The position numbers and the translations under genes are program-made. A stretch of 64,000 nt of DNA from Phyllobates terribilis (Eukaryota). Each line of letters begins with the position of its first letter. Positions within the stretch are counted from its first letter, which is position 1. The stretch lies in the NCBI RefSeq assembly GCF_046119375.1, contig NW_027362770.1, positions 72,168,001-72,232,000 of the forward strand, read 5' to 3'. The notes beneath the pieces are model-generated. The model worked only from the letters and a program-made list of their open reading frames with translations, ran no database searches and was not told the origin of the DNA. This document shows positions 28,021-42,904 of the stretch, one piece after another.

Positions 28021-28775
28021 GGGTAAGTGCCCACGATGCAGAGTTTTTGCCTCTCCCTGGCAGAAAAAACGCATGCAGATTTACATGCGTTTTTTTTCTG
28101 CCAGGGAGAAGCGTTTTTTCGCATGTGTTTTTTCAAGCGCTTTTCCAAGCGATTTTGCGCATCACTTGGAAAGTGCTTGACAACTTGGTCACACAATATA
28201 AATCCATGCAAACAGCATATATAGTGTGACCAACTTAGATGCTTTAAATGCTGCATCTATAGTATAAAAAAAAAAAAAAAAAAAAAAAAACCTGTATACT
28301 CAGATCAGCTGATTAAATGACGTCACCGCAGATTCTGCCAGTACACCGTGGGACGCCGAGGAGAGAGGATTGCCGCCGCAGGGAGAAGACTGGAGAGGTG
28401 AGTATACAGGTTTTGTTTATTTTTAACTTTTTTATTTCTTTTTTTCACCGCGTGGGTGAAAAAAAGTTGTAGTCTCCTCTTCATCCCAGGTACCACACGC
28501 ACCGCGATCACGCCGCAAATTCGCGGCCATTGAATTTAATTATTAATATACCTGCGGGTTTGCTGCGTTTCAATGTTCCTAAATGGCCGCGAATTTGTGG
28601 CATAATTACGGTAGAAATGGTCATGCTGCGTTTTGCAACGCAATGAGAATTCGGCGCACTAATTAGCGCATCATGTGAACAGCACATCCGAATTCACATT
28701 GCTTTGCATGGCAGACTGTTTTACAAGCGTTTTCGCGGCCGTAAAAACGCTACAAGAACGCTACGTGGGCACATA
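28021..28775. mobile_element. Harbinger-like MITE, hairpin/CRE family
   Basis: TAA-GGGTAAGTGCCCACG ... CGTGGGCACATA. Family hairpin remnant at ~28187-28230, TGACGTCA at 28318-28325. Confidence 0.7.
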
Positions 28776-29609
28776 AAGAAGACTGACATTTTCCCTAAAA
28801 AGGAAGCTAACAATACTGGTAGCCAATAATATAAACTTTACTTTAGAATGCAATTGACTGAAACACATTCGCGACCCCTGGTCCTGCCGGCATTCTGTTT
28901 CAAACATCTGAAATTTAGTCGGATGAATTTGTTAAACCTAAATCCATTCCAAAAATCATGCTTTGTAGCGAGCAGTTTCCAGTTTAGTGAATGTACTTAT
29001 GGTTGGGAGATCAACACAACAGCCGCGTGGGAGGTGAAGCATTAAACACTCTTCCTGGGGCTGAAAAATGAGGCCAAACAGGTCTAGAGAAAAAAACCGT
29101 CTATTCAGGTCCTAAACTGCCTTTATTATAGTTGGTGCTTTTTCGGCTTTGCCTTCACATCGTCAGGGGGCCCAATCCATCATTTATTGAAGTCATGGGT
29201 TTTTTTTGTTTGTTTTGTGTGATATTTGCTGACATTTGTTGCCCCAAATCTTTCAAAATGGTGCACGTGGTTTATAAATTTGAAACCAATTCAAAAATGC
29301 TTTTTATTTTGTATTTGACCAGTTTTTGCGACATTTTAACACCAAAATTCACAAATTCTTTAAAAAGTCCCAAAAATGCATCAAATCGAAAACGCCCCCA
29401 CAGAAATGACTCAAGGACAGGACTGGAGCGAGAGGTACCAAAAAAACACAACATTTGGTCAAAGTTGCATTTCATCAATCGGTCTACAACATTTAGATAA
29501 GCAAAACTGTTGAAGAATAAAAAAACGACTTATAAAGAAAGACAATTTAAAAAGTGTCGCAAAACATAAAGGGCCCAAGCATTAAGGGGCTTTGTACACA
29601 CCAGCCTTA

Positions 29610-29795
29610 GGCCATGTTCCCTCCTTCAGTATTTGGTCAGTATTTTACCTCAGTATTTATAAACCAGGAGTGGCTGATAAATACGAGTGGTGACGTGTTT
29701 CCATTATACTTTTCCTCTGATTGTTCCACTCCTGGTTTTGGCTTAAAAATACTGAGTTAAAATACTGACCAAATACTGAATATGTGAACATGGCC
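29610..29795. mobile_element. Small Harbinger-like MITE
   Basis: TTA TSD on both sides. TIRs GGCCATGTTC / GAACATGGCC. Confidence 0.8.
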
Positions 29796-30254
29796 TTAAT
29801 GAAGGGCTTGCTGGAGTGCAAATTTGTTAAGAAGAGCATTAAACTTAATGAATTTGGTGCATGGTCTCAGTGGCGTGCACCTTCATGCGCCTCACCAGAA
29901 ATGCTATTCTAGTCATAGTCTGGAGTAGCCTTTCTGGCATAAGAAACCCTGGCACTTTTGATAAATTTGACGGGCAGGTGTAGCCACGCCTCATCTCTTC
30001 TCCAGCTTTTCCCATTTTAGCATGAAAATGGCAAAAGTCCCAACATTTTTGTGCAAGTCTGCATTGTATAAAAAGTTGAGACTTTTCAAAGTGTTTTTAC
30101 GCCAGTTTTCTGGTGTCAAAGCGTTGATTAATCAGGGCCCTAGAAAATAAGGTGCAAATAGTAAAGCCACTGAAAAAGAAACAGCAACGATGAATCAGGG
30201 CCATAGAGTTTCATTAGAAGACTGCCGGTGCCACCACCAAAGGCCCCATATAGT

Positions 30255-30550
30255 CAGGGCTGTGGAGTCGGTAAGCCAAACCTCCGACTCCTCAATTTCC
30301 ATGACTCCGACTCCCTCATACGCGGCTCATGTGTAAGTGATAAATTTACTGTAGCACAGATTCATCTCAGCTAAAAGTCTAGACCCTTAGATCAGGAATA
30401 GGACAGACATTTATAGGACATTTCATAACTTTCCCAAATTCTTATGAAAAAATAATCCCCACAAACTGCATTGAACTACTGTACCCAATTTATTATATAT
30501 TTTAGGAGTCAGTTGGTCCATTTTATACTGACTCCGACTCCACAGTCCTG
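30255..30550. mobile_element. hAT-type MITE
   Basis: TIRs CAGGGCTGTGGAGTCGG / CCGACTCCACAGTCCTG. Perfect 8-bp TSD CATATAGT. Confidence 0.9.
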
Positions 30551-30907
30551 CATATAGTAACAGTCTTTTTGTTGGGCTGTAGTCCATGTAGATCCTGACC
30601 CCACGTAATAATGAGGCGTTATACTTAAAGATCTAAATTATAAAAGCAAATTACTACTACTACAGCTTTAACTTTCCATTTCATGATTTGCATTGCAACA
30701 TTTAAATGCGTTTTTATTGCTGAATCTCTTGGGGGCATATTTGTGTAAAAGAGCCCGTTAAAAAAAAAAAAAAAAAAAAAATGAAAAGCAAAAGGGGACA
30801 TCACACATGTGAGCAGATCTCCCCCACATTACTGCCATTGTAATGTGAGCTAGCAGTACACTAGCTTTTCACCGCAAATTTTAACAGCAGATCTCCCTAG
30901 TGTTTAA

Positions 30908-31760
30908 GGCTGTGTTCACACGATGCGTATTTCATGCGTTTCCGCAGTTGCGTAAACGCCGCGGAAACGCATGAAAAACGCATGGTAGAAGGGAAGCAAT
31001 GTTCCCCAATGGAAATCCGCATGTGCTGTGCCCATGATGCGGATTTTTCCGCAGCGTTAACGCTGCGGTCAAAAATCCGCAGCATGTCAATTAATTTTGC
31101 GGAAACGCAGCGATTTCGCCGCCATTGACTTGCATTAGAACGCGCCAATTCCGCAAGACAGCATTTGTACTTGCGTAATTGGTGCGTTCTAATGTGCGGA
31201 TGGTACCCGGGTGTGGAGGAGAGGAGAGTCTCATCCACACCCAGGTACCATTAAAAAAGCTGTAAAAAGAAGAATAAAATAAAAAATAAATGTATTCTTA
31301 CCATCTGTCGGCCCGCGCAGCGCTCCCGCTTGGTTCCCGGCACTTGCAGTGAGTTGTAGGACCTGCGGTGACGTCAGAGTCATGTGACGGGTCACGTGAC
31401 GCTGACGTCGGCAGGTCTTTCAATTCAAAGTTGCCGGCGAGGGAGAACAGATTGAGCAGGACAGCGCGGGCCATCAGAGGTAAGTATATACACTCTCTCG
31501 GGTCACACTGTATAAATCCATGCTGTTTGCATGGATTTATATAGTGTGACCTAGTTATCAAGCACTTTCCAGGTGATTCTAACATCGCCTGGAAAGCGCT
31601 TGTGAATCTGCATGCGGAAACGCATGTGAATCTGCATGTGGATCCGCATGTATTCTGCAGGAAAAACGCATGCACAATCTGCATGCGTTTTTTCTGCCAG
31701 GGAGATGCAGAAATGATGCAGAAATTTTCTGCTTCATTTCTGCATCGTGTGCACATAGCC
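30908..31760. mobile_element. Harbinger-like MITE, hairpin/CRE family
   Basis: TAA TSD. 19-bp TIRs GGCT(G/A)TGT(T/G)CACACGATGC. 23-bp stem at 31501-31551, TGACGTCA at 31369-31376. Confidence 0.88.
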
Positions 31761-33763
31761 TAAAAGTGGAAAATATCAAACCCTTTTCCATTAAAAACAA
31801 ATGCAAGAGAATCTGGCTGATTATGACATCACTTGACTGAAGAGCTGAGTGTCTGTGCTCCGATGGTCTTGCATGAGATAATTGCAGCACAGGTGCGGAG
31901 GAGACGGGGAAAGTTGGCGTCCGATGTTTCACGTGCCCCCTTAGACTTGTGTGGGTGTGCGTGATCCGATTCTCGCTTGTACTTGCTGCGATTGTTTTCT
32001 CAGGCTGAATCGGCACTGCACCGTGGCATATCATTGGGCCGAGTGCCATCTGATAAAACCAATAGTCACCAGTGCTGCTCATGTCAGGGGCTGGGCACGG
32101 CCCAGTCTCCCCTGCGCACAGCCGGTGCAGGGACAGCCCAGCCCCTGACATGAGCAGCACTGGTGACTATTGGTTTCAGGAAGGGGGCAGAGGCTGTGGC
32201 ACTGACTGCAGCCTCTGCCCCTGATGCTTCGAGTATCCCAGCATGCACTGGTGACAAAGCAAATAGTAATCAGACTGGAAATAGAAAAAAAAATAAAATA
32301 CACTAGCCATTAGTGTAGTTAGGGAATTTTTAAAGCAAATGTGTTAGTCCCATAATCTAAGCTATTTTCTAAGTAGATCAGGAGTTAGGAGGTAAATTAC
32401 TTTGCCTTCGGACCACTGCTTTAAACACAGTATACACTGATGCCATCCATGTGCTGTACTGGTTTTTCAAGGACCCATAGACTTGTATTGGCCCTTGTCA
32501 GCAGTGCGGCCAGAAAAAAACCCAAAGACATGTCTAAATGAAGTTATGTATGGACACAATCAGTGAAACAAAACACGGACATGTGAATAGCACCATTGAT
32601 TATAATGGGTAAGCGTTATATCTCCGAAAAAGACGACCCCAGATGTGTACAAGGACGTCTGAATGAGGCTGAAGGTCATTGAACTGCTCAGCCATGTCAG
32701 AGGTGCAGAGGACTCCTTTCTTTGGTCACATTGTGCAGATACATGGGGGATTCATAAGTCAGCAGTCACACAGTCACTGCAATCTTATCACTTTTGACCA
32801 GACAGCCCAGAAAATAGTGTATGTAACCTAAACATTAGAAATCCTTCGCATCTCCTCAGCTCGTTTCTAAAAGGTACATTTTGACAATGTGTGGAGAACA
32901 CACGGCTCGGATGACTCCTGTAGTGCGTCACTCATGTTCATTCCCCACCTGTTGCTTTTTACTGAGAGAAGACACAGGGCACTTTTTCCTGCAGCACTTC
33001 AGGCAAACTGAACAGATCCGGCACAAAAAACCCTTCCGGTGGTGCTCTTGTTGGTCTGTAGATGGCAGCAGTGGGGCATGGTGTTTGTACCAGCTGCCTT
33101 TTCAGAGGACCTGGATGATACCCAGAACTGTAGTAATACTCCGCAAAATCCACAAAGTTTGTTTAAGATTTTGACTTCCCCATTGAACTCTGCTTTTGGG
33201 CCAATTGCAGATTCCCCCATTATCACATTTGGTAAATTTTCATCCAATGAACTGCTACTGCTTGGGTATGTTCACATTGAGCATTCGCAGCGTTGTTTCA
33301 CAGCAGCAATGAAGTGAATGCAATTCCTGAAAGCTCATCCACATGCTGCTTATTTATTTTCTTGGTTAAATCTGCAGGATGTAAATTTTCACCAATGCAT
33401 AAAGCTGCAACTAAACACGTAAGTGTGCACTATGCGGAGTCATTCCTGCCAAGGGACTGCATTTTTAGTGCAAATAAATCCACTGCAGACAAGTGTGAAC
33501 TTATCCCTATACACAATAGAGGTTCTACCTTAGTGGAAAACAGCAGTGTAAATGCTACGTGTGAACAAGCCATTATCCTGCAGGCAGAAATATAAGATGC
33601 CATGTAAATGAAGTATCACATATGTGCTGCAGGGAGATAAAAAAAAAAAAAAGGTACACTTTAGGTTCCTGGAGCCCATTTACAGTTCCAATACAGTGTC
33701 TTTGCTTTTTTCGTGTAGAAGTAACAAATTAAGCTTCACATTATTAAGTACTTTGTTCACAAG

Positions 33764-33769
33764 TTTATT
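33764..33769 (-). terminator. PPP2CA: PPP2CA polyadenylation signal (duplicate copy)
   Basis: CATAATAAACTTGTGAAC on the minus strand, ~730 nt after the stop. Confidence 0.6.
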
Positions 33770-34503
33770 ATGAAAAAAAAAGAAAAAAAAAAAAAAACAT
33801 TGCCGCCTTGGATTGCAATGGTAACAGAAAGATCTGTCAAAACTAACCTAAAACAATGAAGAGTGACAAAAATAATGCAGATTGGAACAAAAAAAACATG
33901 GCTGGGCATAGGTGGAAATAGACAAAAAAAAAAAAAAAAAAAATTAGATTGTTTTCCCTGAAAATGAACACATTTCTGAAGTCACAGAAGAGGCAATGAA
34001 GGCCTTGGTACTTATTCTTTAAAGGTCCTTAAATCCCTTCACACTGATGGAGGAAGCCCCAAAAGGCTGCAGCCCCCCACCCCCCCCAGAGAGCTAAAGG
34101 GTTTTCCAGACTGTCTATCCTTATCTACAATCATGCCAAGTAAAGCTATTGCTAAATGGAGTTAAAATTGGATTCACGAGGCGTTAATGTTTACATCATA
34201 ATTTTGTCGAAGTCTGAGAAAGCAAAAAGGAACTACAAGTAGTGCTATGCCAGAAAACTGGGATTGGGTTTCCTTGACAGACAGACATGTCACTTCAGCA
34301 TGCAATGAACGGGTCTTTTCTAATGTGGTCACGGGCTGTTGAGATGAGAGGCTTTGCTTTTGTATATGGCACATCTTTTGGTCCATTTGAGAACAGTACG
34401 TGTGACAAATGCTCTCTCCTGACTGAAGTTACTGCTCCTCTTCTTGGCTCCCAGGTCATAATCCTGATTGTGGCAATACTGTACAAGTGTAAAATTCCAT
34501 TTA

Positions 34504-34596
<93 letters not shown>

Positions 34597-35196
34597 TCAC
34601 AATTAACAGCAAAACCAGAGAAGTACTGTATCCAAGACATCACACGGTGCTGACCAATCATACAAAGTGCAAATCCATGCTTAGCAAGAGGCTAGTCACA
34701 ATGGCCACAACAGATCCACAGGCCTCTAGTCCAGCAGCCACATTATGGGCCATGACCACAAGACCAGAGCCCTTAGAACCTCCTATGAACTGTGCCTTCC
34801 TCCAGGAATTCTCATTACTTGGCCACTACGAGGTCTTGACTAATCACCTCATGGCTGCCTTCTAATGAAAAGTGCCACTGGGGATACCACCAGTAAGGCA
34901 AGGTTCACATTGCTCTGGATTACTCACATGGCCAGAGTCCTGCGGATCCATTTGTCCAACTATCACACAATTTAGGAGATAAATTTATCATTGATGAGGG
35001 TTTCACCAATGATCACCAGAAAAGGGGTCTTGTGTCCCGTTTGCAATGGTCAACATGCACACTAACTTACATTATGGCAGATAGTCAAACACAATGACGT
35101 GGCAGTGTGCATGTACAACTTTGTTGTGTAACTGTACCATATGTCAATGTCGCCCCCCCCCTCCTTAAAATATATGCTTGCATCCTGAGACATTAA

Positions 35197-35551
35197 GGGT
35201 ATGTGCGCACGATCAGGATTTGCTTGCAGAAATTTCTGCACCTCTCGGCAAGAAAAATGCTGTGGAAACTCCACGCGTTTGGTGCTTTTCTTTTTTTCAT
35301 TTACACGGGTTTGAGTTTTTGCCATGCGTTTTTTCCAATCAATTGTATAAGAAAAACTCAGACAAAAACGCACAAAGAACGGACATGCTGCTTCTTTTGC
35401 CACACAAGAACTACCTGATCATGTGCACAGATCTTCCAAAGCCCCATAGAAAATGCTGGGATAAGGTTTGCAATGCGGTTTTTGGGGTGCACAAATTTGC
35501 TGCAACAAAAACGCATAAAAAAAAAAAAAAAAGGACTGTGTGCACATACCC
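35197..35551. mobile_element. Harbinger-like MITE in PPP2CA intron 6 (copy A)
   Basis: TAA TSD. TIRs GGGTATGTGCGCAC / GTGCACATACCC. Confidence 0.82.
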
Positions 35552-35650
35552 TAAGGACTACCAACATGACTTGTAAAGAGTCAAGTCTGCTCAATATTAT
35601 AGCATATGTAAAAGGCATACAAGGATTTTTTCTGTAGATTGTCATACTTA

Positions 35651-35776
<126 letters not shown>

Positions 35777-35886
35777 TCAGACGACAAGTGGTTAGAGCAC
35801 GTTATGCCAACATGGAAAATAACCAGGAATAAGGCAAAGCAAAGGGCACAAACTAATCTAGGATTCTCTGATGAGGCATTAAATCA

Positions 35887-36078
<192 letters not shown>

Positions 36079-36185
36079 TCAATAGAACATTCACACAAAC
36101 TGAGAAGACCGACTGTGCCGATTTATAAACTGCAAGGGAAAGGCATATCGTAGGATCGGGCCTATACAGGAGGACTTAGGTTTAA

Positions 36186-38198
36186 CCCCTTCGCGACCTT
36201 GGGATTTTCCATTTTTGCATTTTCGTTTTTTGCTCCCCTTGTTCCCAGAGCCATAGCGTTTTTTTATTTTTTGGGCAATATGGCCGTGTGAGGGCTTATT
36301 TTTTGTGGGACGAGTTGTACTTTTAAACACCATTACTAGTTTTACCATATTGTTTACGGGAAAAAAATTCAAAGTGCGGTGAAATTGCAAAAAAAAGTGC
36401 AATTCGGGTATGTGCACACGATGCAGAAATGAAGCAGAAAATTTCTGCATCTCCCTGGCAGAAAAAAAGCATGCGGATTGTACATGCGTTTTTCCTGTGG
36501 AATACATGCGGATTCACATGCGTTTCGGCATGCAGATTGACAAGCGCTTTCCAGGCGATTTTAGCATCACTTGGAAAGTGCTTGACAACTAGGTCACACT
36601 ATATAAATCCATGCAACCGGCATATATAGTGTGACCCGAGAGAATGTCAAAAAATAAAGCTATACTTACCCTCCGATGGCCCGGCGTGTGCTGCCGCGTT
36701 CGTTCCTGGCTGCCGGGATATCGCGAGACACTGCGCTGAAGGGCCTGCGGTCACATGACTGACGTCACCGAAGGTCCTTCAGTCTTGCACGCGAGCAGAG
36801 GGAAGGAGACCGGGGGCCGTCAGAAGGTGAATATATCTTTATTTTATTCTTGTTTTACAGCTTTTTAAATGGTACCCGGGTCCGGAGGAGAGTCATCTTC
36901 TCCACACTCTGGTACCATCCGCACATTAGAACGCGCCAATAACGCAAGTACAAAGGCAGTCTTGCGGAATTGGCGCGTTCTAATGCAAGTCAATGGCAGT
37001 GAAACCGCCGCGTCTATGCAAAAATTGACATGCTGCGGATTTTTGAGCGCAGCATAAACGCTGCGGAAAAATCCACAGCATGGACACAGCACATGCGGAT
37101 CATCATTGGGGAACATTGCTGCCCTTCTACCATACGTTTTTAATGCGTTTCCGCAGCTGCAAAAACGCCGTGGAAACGCATTAAAAACTCATCGTGTGAA
37201 CTCAGCCTTCCACAGTTTTTTTTTTCTTCTTTCCACGTTCACTGAATGCCAAAACTGACCGGCCATTATTATTCTCCAGGTCATTACGAGTTCATAGACA
37301 CCAAACATATATAGGTTCTTTCTTATTTAAGTGGGGGGAAAAAATCCAAAGATTGCTATTAAAAAAAAAGTGCCCTTTTCAGAGACCCGTAGCGTCTCCA
37401 TTTTTCGGGATCTGGGGCCGGATGAGGGCTTATTTTTTTTTTTTGTGCGCCGGGCTGATGTTTCTATTGATACCATTTTGGGGTAGATACAATGTTTTGA
37501 TCGCCCGTTATTGCATTTTATTGAAATGTTGCGGTGACCAAAAAAACGTAGTTATGTTTGGAATTTTCTCGCTACGCCGTTTACCGATCGGATTCATTTT
37601 TTTATATTGATAGATGGGGTGATTCTGAACGCAGCAATACCAAATTGTGTGTATGTGGGGTTTATTTTTTTATTATTTTATTTTGAATGGGGCAAAAGGG
37701 GGGGGTGATTTAAACTTTTATATTTTAATATTTTTAACAACTTTTTTTAAAACTTTTTGCTTGCTTCTAAAGTCTCTATAGGAGACTAAAAGCAGCAACT
37801 GTCCGATCGTCTCTGCTACATAGAGGTGATCAGCAGATCACCTCTATGTAGCAGAAATGCTCCTGTGCCGTGAGCACCGACCACTAGGAGGCACTCATAG
37901 TAATCTTTACATGACAACCACTGGAGTCTGTTGCAGACCCAGGGTTGTCATGCCCACCCATCAGTGACCTGGGATCACGTGAAGGGGTCACCGATGGGCG
38001 GGACTAATGCCACGCTTCCGGCGCGGTGATGTTAAATGCCGCACTCAGATTGACAGCAGCATTTAACATGTTAACAGCCGCGGGTGGATCGTGATTCCAC
38101 CGGCGGCTGTTGCGGGCACGTCAGCTCACCGCCGGAGCCCTCACTGAACCGGGGGTGATGGCCTGGGGCGTACTAATACGCCCTGGGACAGTAAGGGG
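36186..38198. mobile_element. Non-autonomous piggyBac-like element in PPP2CA intron 4 (copy A)
   Basis: TTAA-CCCCTT ... AAGGGG-TTCA. Perfect 20-bp hairpin at 37812-37855. Left part homologous to 63632-63910. Confidence 0.75.
36406..37207. mobile_element. Harbinger-like MITE (hairpin/CRE family) nested in the piggyBac-like element
   Basis: 3-bp TSD TTC on both sides; the empty site GTGCAATTCCACA is visible near 63850. TIRs GGGTATGTGCACACGATG / CATCGTGTGAACTCAGCC. TGACGTCA at 36760-36767. Confidence 0.85.
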
Positions 38199-38296
38199 TT
38201 CACTGTTTATGAGCTAACAGGTGCATCCCTTAAGGAGGGCATCTAACAAGTAGCAGTGAATGACTGAAAAGCGATCAGTATGAATTGTGGTATTTA

Positions 38297-38557
<261 letters not shown>

Positions 38558-40156
38558 TTAGTAATACATTATAGTACAGCACCCATTATATGGCCAGACT
38601 ACCAGTAGGGTTCAAGAGGCGACAGCTTGGGCCAACCATCCTATACTGAAAACGCACCAAGTAGTGGGTTACAGCACCCGTCATACGTTGCACACTGACT
38701 GAGGATTATCCAACCACCCATTAATAGAACGGTGACAAACAAGGCAGCACAATAGGAGCGCTCCTACCGCACTGTCCTGTATAGCCAACACTTATAACAC
38801 TGGAATGGGAGATAAAGACACCCGAAATACAGAAAAGACTGAAGTGATATTTAAACATACCAAAGTGATGTGCGGATTCCAGTAAAAAGTACACTTGACA
38901 CATACCATAATGAAGTGTCAACCCTTACACTGCACCCTTCACAAAGTCATAAGTACTGCTATAATGTCAAGCATCAGTGATCATTATAAAGGTCTCTTAA
39001 ACATAGGACTATTATCTTAGCTGCAGCCCACACCAGCTTAAAGGGGTTGTCCAGGAATTGTATACTGATGACCTAACCCTTAGCAATATGAGATGTGGGG
39101 GTCTGACACCCTTTGATCAGCTGTGTACAGCTCCAGCAGCAGGCAGATATACAGTGTAGAGTCAGAATAGCACAACTCTGTACACTCTTAATGACCACTC
39201 GGTACTGCAGCTCAAATCACAGTCACTTCAATAGGACCTGAGTTACAGAACATAGAGTGTACATAGCCGTGCTATTCTAGCTCCCCAACTAGTGTACATC
39301 CAAGGTCGTAGTGTGGGCTGCAAAAAGGATAGGACTTGCATATCGCTGACCTGGCCAACACCTTGATTTGGCAATCTAGATTACAACTACAGACTGCTGA
39401 ACACTAGCATGCCAACATGAAGCAAGAAGTCCACAGACCGATGCATAGTAAACAGGCGAGTGCAGAGATTAAGACAAGAATCAATAGCAGTTCAGAAGGT
39501 TGTCCAACAACCCTCCGATGCAGCACAGGAAGGCGAGGCTGCTTGACTAGAGCAGACCTTTCAGAGGAACGGCCAAATCTCCAATGATCCATCTTCTAGG
39601 CATCAAGAACATTTTTCATGATCACGAGCTTAAAGTCGTCAGCTCGTCTGCCCACAGGCAAAGAAGGCTTCATGTGTTATAGGCTCTAAAATGGATATGA
39701 TTGATCCATTGCAAGCTTCCCTCTGACACATCCATCATGATTCTGTGGGATTTATAGCAGCGCTGTATACTAGTTTAATTAGTAAGCAAGCAAAGAAAAA
39801 CTAATTGCCTAGAAGAAAATTCAGCTTGCAATTTTTATTAGGACCCCACCACTAGAAGGGACTGTCCCATTAGGGAAACCAATACTAAAGCGCAAGCAAG
39901 ACTAGCAATCCGCAGACTCCTACAAGTCCAGACTCTAAGTCCAGGAACTTGCAGCAAAAGCTGTGCAGTACATGCTATGGGGGACCGACTAGGACAGCCA
40001 TATTACCATATAGCCTGCAGTGGTGAGCAAAGCACGTTGAACAGAAGTAGTAAGTAGAAACCCTCTAGAAAAGGATAGTGTTTATGCCTGGACAGGAAAC
40101 CTTCAGAAAACTTTCACTGCCTATACCTACGCCTAGCTGTATGAGGTAGCCCCTCA

Positions 40157-40387
<231 letters not shown>

Positions 40388-40498
40388 TCACCAATTCCCT
40401 ACAAGTCCAGCATGTTGCCAGACCACCTAGAAAACACGGAGGTCAGGTTTCTTAACCTTTGCCTAGTGTGATCACCAGCACAAAGCACAATCTACTCA

Positions 40499-40765
<267 letters not shown>

Positions 40766-41067
40766 TCAGTTCTTACAAGAGGGAAGAGTGACCAGCAAGA
40801 GACAGACCACCATTACAAGATAGTCACTCAGACATTTATAGCAGCCAGTCTAATGGCTCCATGCACCGAGGCTGTTGGGATCGGCTGACAGCCTATACGT
40901 ATGGTAACCTTCCAACTCTTCTGACAGAAGTATCCGATCCTTGGAATTGGATTGAGTTTTCATCGAATTACTCCTTACCACAATGGTGTTATGTTGCCCA
41001 TGGTGGTGGTCTTACCAACTAAGCCAATCGTGAACCTTTAGAAATAAAGCTTTTAATGTGCATACCA

Positions 41068-41301
41068 GGCAGCATGAAGCTCAGTGTTTAGCACTATAGC
41101 TATACAGCAGCACGGTCCAAATCCCACCAAGGACAGTATATGCAAGGAGTTTGGATGTTCTCCCCATGTTTGCTCGGGTTTCCTCCGGGTTCTCCAGTTT
41201 GCTTCCACACTCCAAAGACATACGGATAGGGAATTTACATTTTGACCATTCATAGGGACAGTGATGATGTCTGTAAAGTGCTTTAGAGTGAGTAAAATAA
41301 A
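41068..41301 (+). mobile_element. tRNA-derived V-SINE-like element (copy A)
   Basis: Decayed A/B-box head GCTCAGTGTTTAGCA...TCCAAATCCC, V-domain-like GGGTTTCCTCCGGGTTCTCCAGTTTGCTTCCAC, and an L2-like tail. Confidence 0.75.
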
Positions 41302-41849
41302 CGTGCCCTAAATCTACTGCAATATAATTGTGTGTCCTGTGACTTCACATTCAACACAATACCATGGCACAATAGCTGGGTTTTTAGTAGTAAATGTGCA
41401 AGACCGTCAGCATTTTACAATGAGAAGTCATGCCAATTCCTAACACACCCCTGAACATGCCCGCTTTATGGGTACACCCTGCCTTCTAGTAACTACAACA
41501 GGAATGCCAGGTACGTAATGAAAGCGATCAGGCAACATGCACACTTCAACAGAAAATGTACACTTCCTTTAAAAAGGCAACCCAATCAATCAATTCATGT
41601 ACCCAAAACCAAGGGCAGCACAAACTAAGCCTGGCTGCACAACTAGGTATGTGACAGGGCCCCATCATGCACCTTTATAAAACCAGTACCGGTATCAGTA
41701 TGTCATCAGTGTTTTTCTGGTATGGATAAAGAAAAAATGCAAAATATAGAGAAGCTTTGTCAAGTTAATGTTAATCATGGACAGCAGACAGATTGTACAC
41801 TGATGCCATCCATGTGCTGTACGTGTTTTTCATGGACCCAGTGATTTTA

Positions 41850-42492
41850 GCATCACTTGGAAAGTGCTTGACAACTTGGTCACACTATATAAATCCATGC
41901 AAACAGCATGGATTTATATAGTGTGACCGAGAGAGTGGTAAAAAATAAATCTATACTTACCTTCCGATGGCCCCCGCAGTCTTGCTTCACTCTGTCCTGG
42001 CTGCCGGCAGCTCGCGGTACACTGAAGGACCTGCCGTCGTCAGCGTCGTATAACACATCACAACTGACGTCAGCGCAGGTCCTTCAGTCCATCGCGATCT
42101 GCCGGCATGAGAGGATGAGCGCATCGGGGGCCATCAGAAGGTAAATATAACATTTTTTATTTTATTCTTCTTTTTTTTTTTTTTTTTTTACAGTTTTCTA
42201 TGGTACCCGGGGTCCAGAGGAGAGTCTCCTCTAGACCTGGGTACCATTCGCACATTGAACGCATGTATTCCGCATGTGCTTATCTAGTGAAGCGGAATCC
42301 ATGCGTTCCAATGCAAGTCAATGGCGGCGAAAACGCAGCACTTCCGCAAAATAATTGGTAGTGCTGCGTTTTTTCCGCAATGATAATCTGCAGAGGAAGT
42401 TTGGAGACCATGGCAGACCTTCTACCATGCGTTTTTTAAGCATTTCTGCCGCTGCGGAAAGGCATAAAAAAAAGCATCGTGGGCACACAGCC
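41850..42492. mobile_element. Harbinger-like MITE, hairpin/CRE family, left-truncated (copy A)
   Basis: Perfect 23-bp stem with 5-nt loop at 41878-41928. TGACGTCA at 42065-42072. Right TIR GCATCGTGGGCACACAGCC-TTA. Confidence 0.8.
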
Positions 42493-42495
42493 TTA

Positions 42496-42743
42496 AATGG
42501 CCGACTACAAAAATTTTTAAATTTATAATAAATTGGGTACAGTAGTTCAATGCAGTTTGTGGGGAATATTTTTTCATAAGAATTTGGGAAAGTTATGAAA
42601 TGTCCTATAAATGTCTGTCCTATTCCTGATCTAAGGGTGTAGACTTTTAGCGGAGATTAATCTGTGCTACAGTAAATTTATCACTTACACATGAGCCATG
42701 TATGAGGGAGTCGAAGGTTTGGCTTACCGACTCCACAGCCCTG
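42496..42743. mobile_element. hAT-type MITE, same family as 30255-30550, inverted (copy A)
   Basis: Reverse-complement match to 30255-30500. Ends CCGACTCCACAGCCCTG. Confidence 0.8.
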
Positions 42744-42904
42744 ATGACGATGAGCACACTACATGAGCCGCGGCACCACACAACGCACCATGCCGGGCAG
42801 AACAGGGCTCATCACAACATACAGAGGCGGCCAGGAGAACATGCCACACCACCCCCTCTTCACACACTACCCCCTTATCAACCCCAGCCCTCATCCACAC
42901 AGCC

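Noticed and set aside
41068-41140. tRNA gene
   Set aside because: Only decayed A/B boxes with no cloverleaf, continuing into a SINE body.
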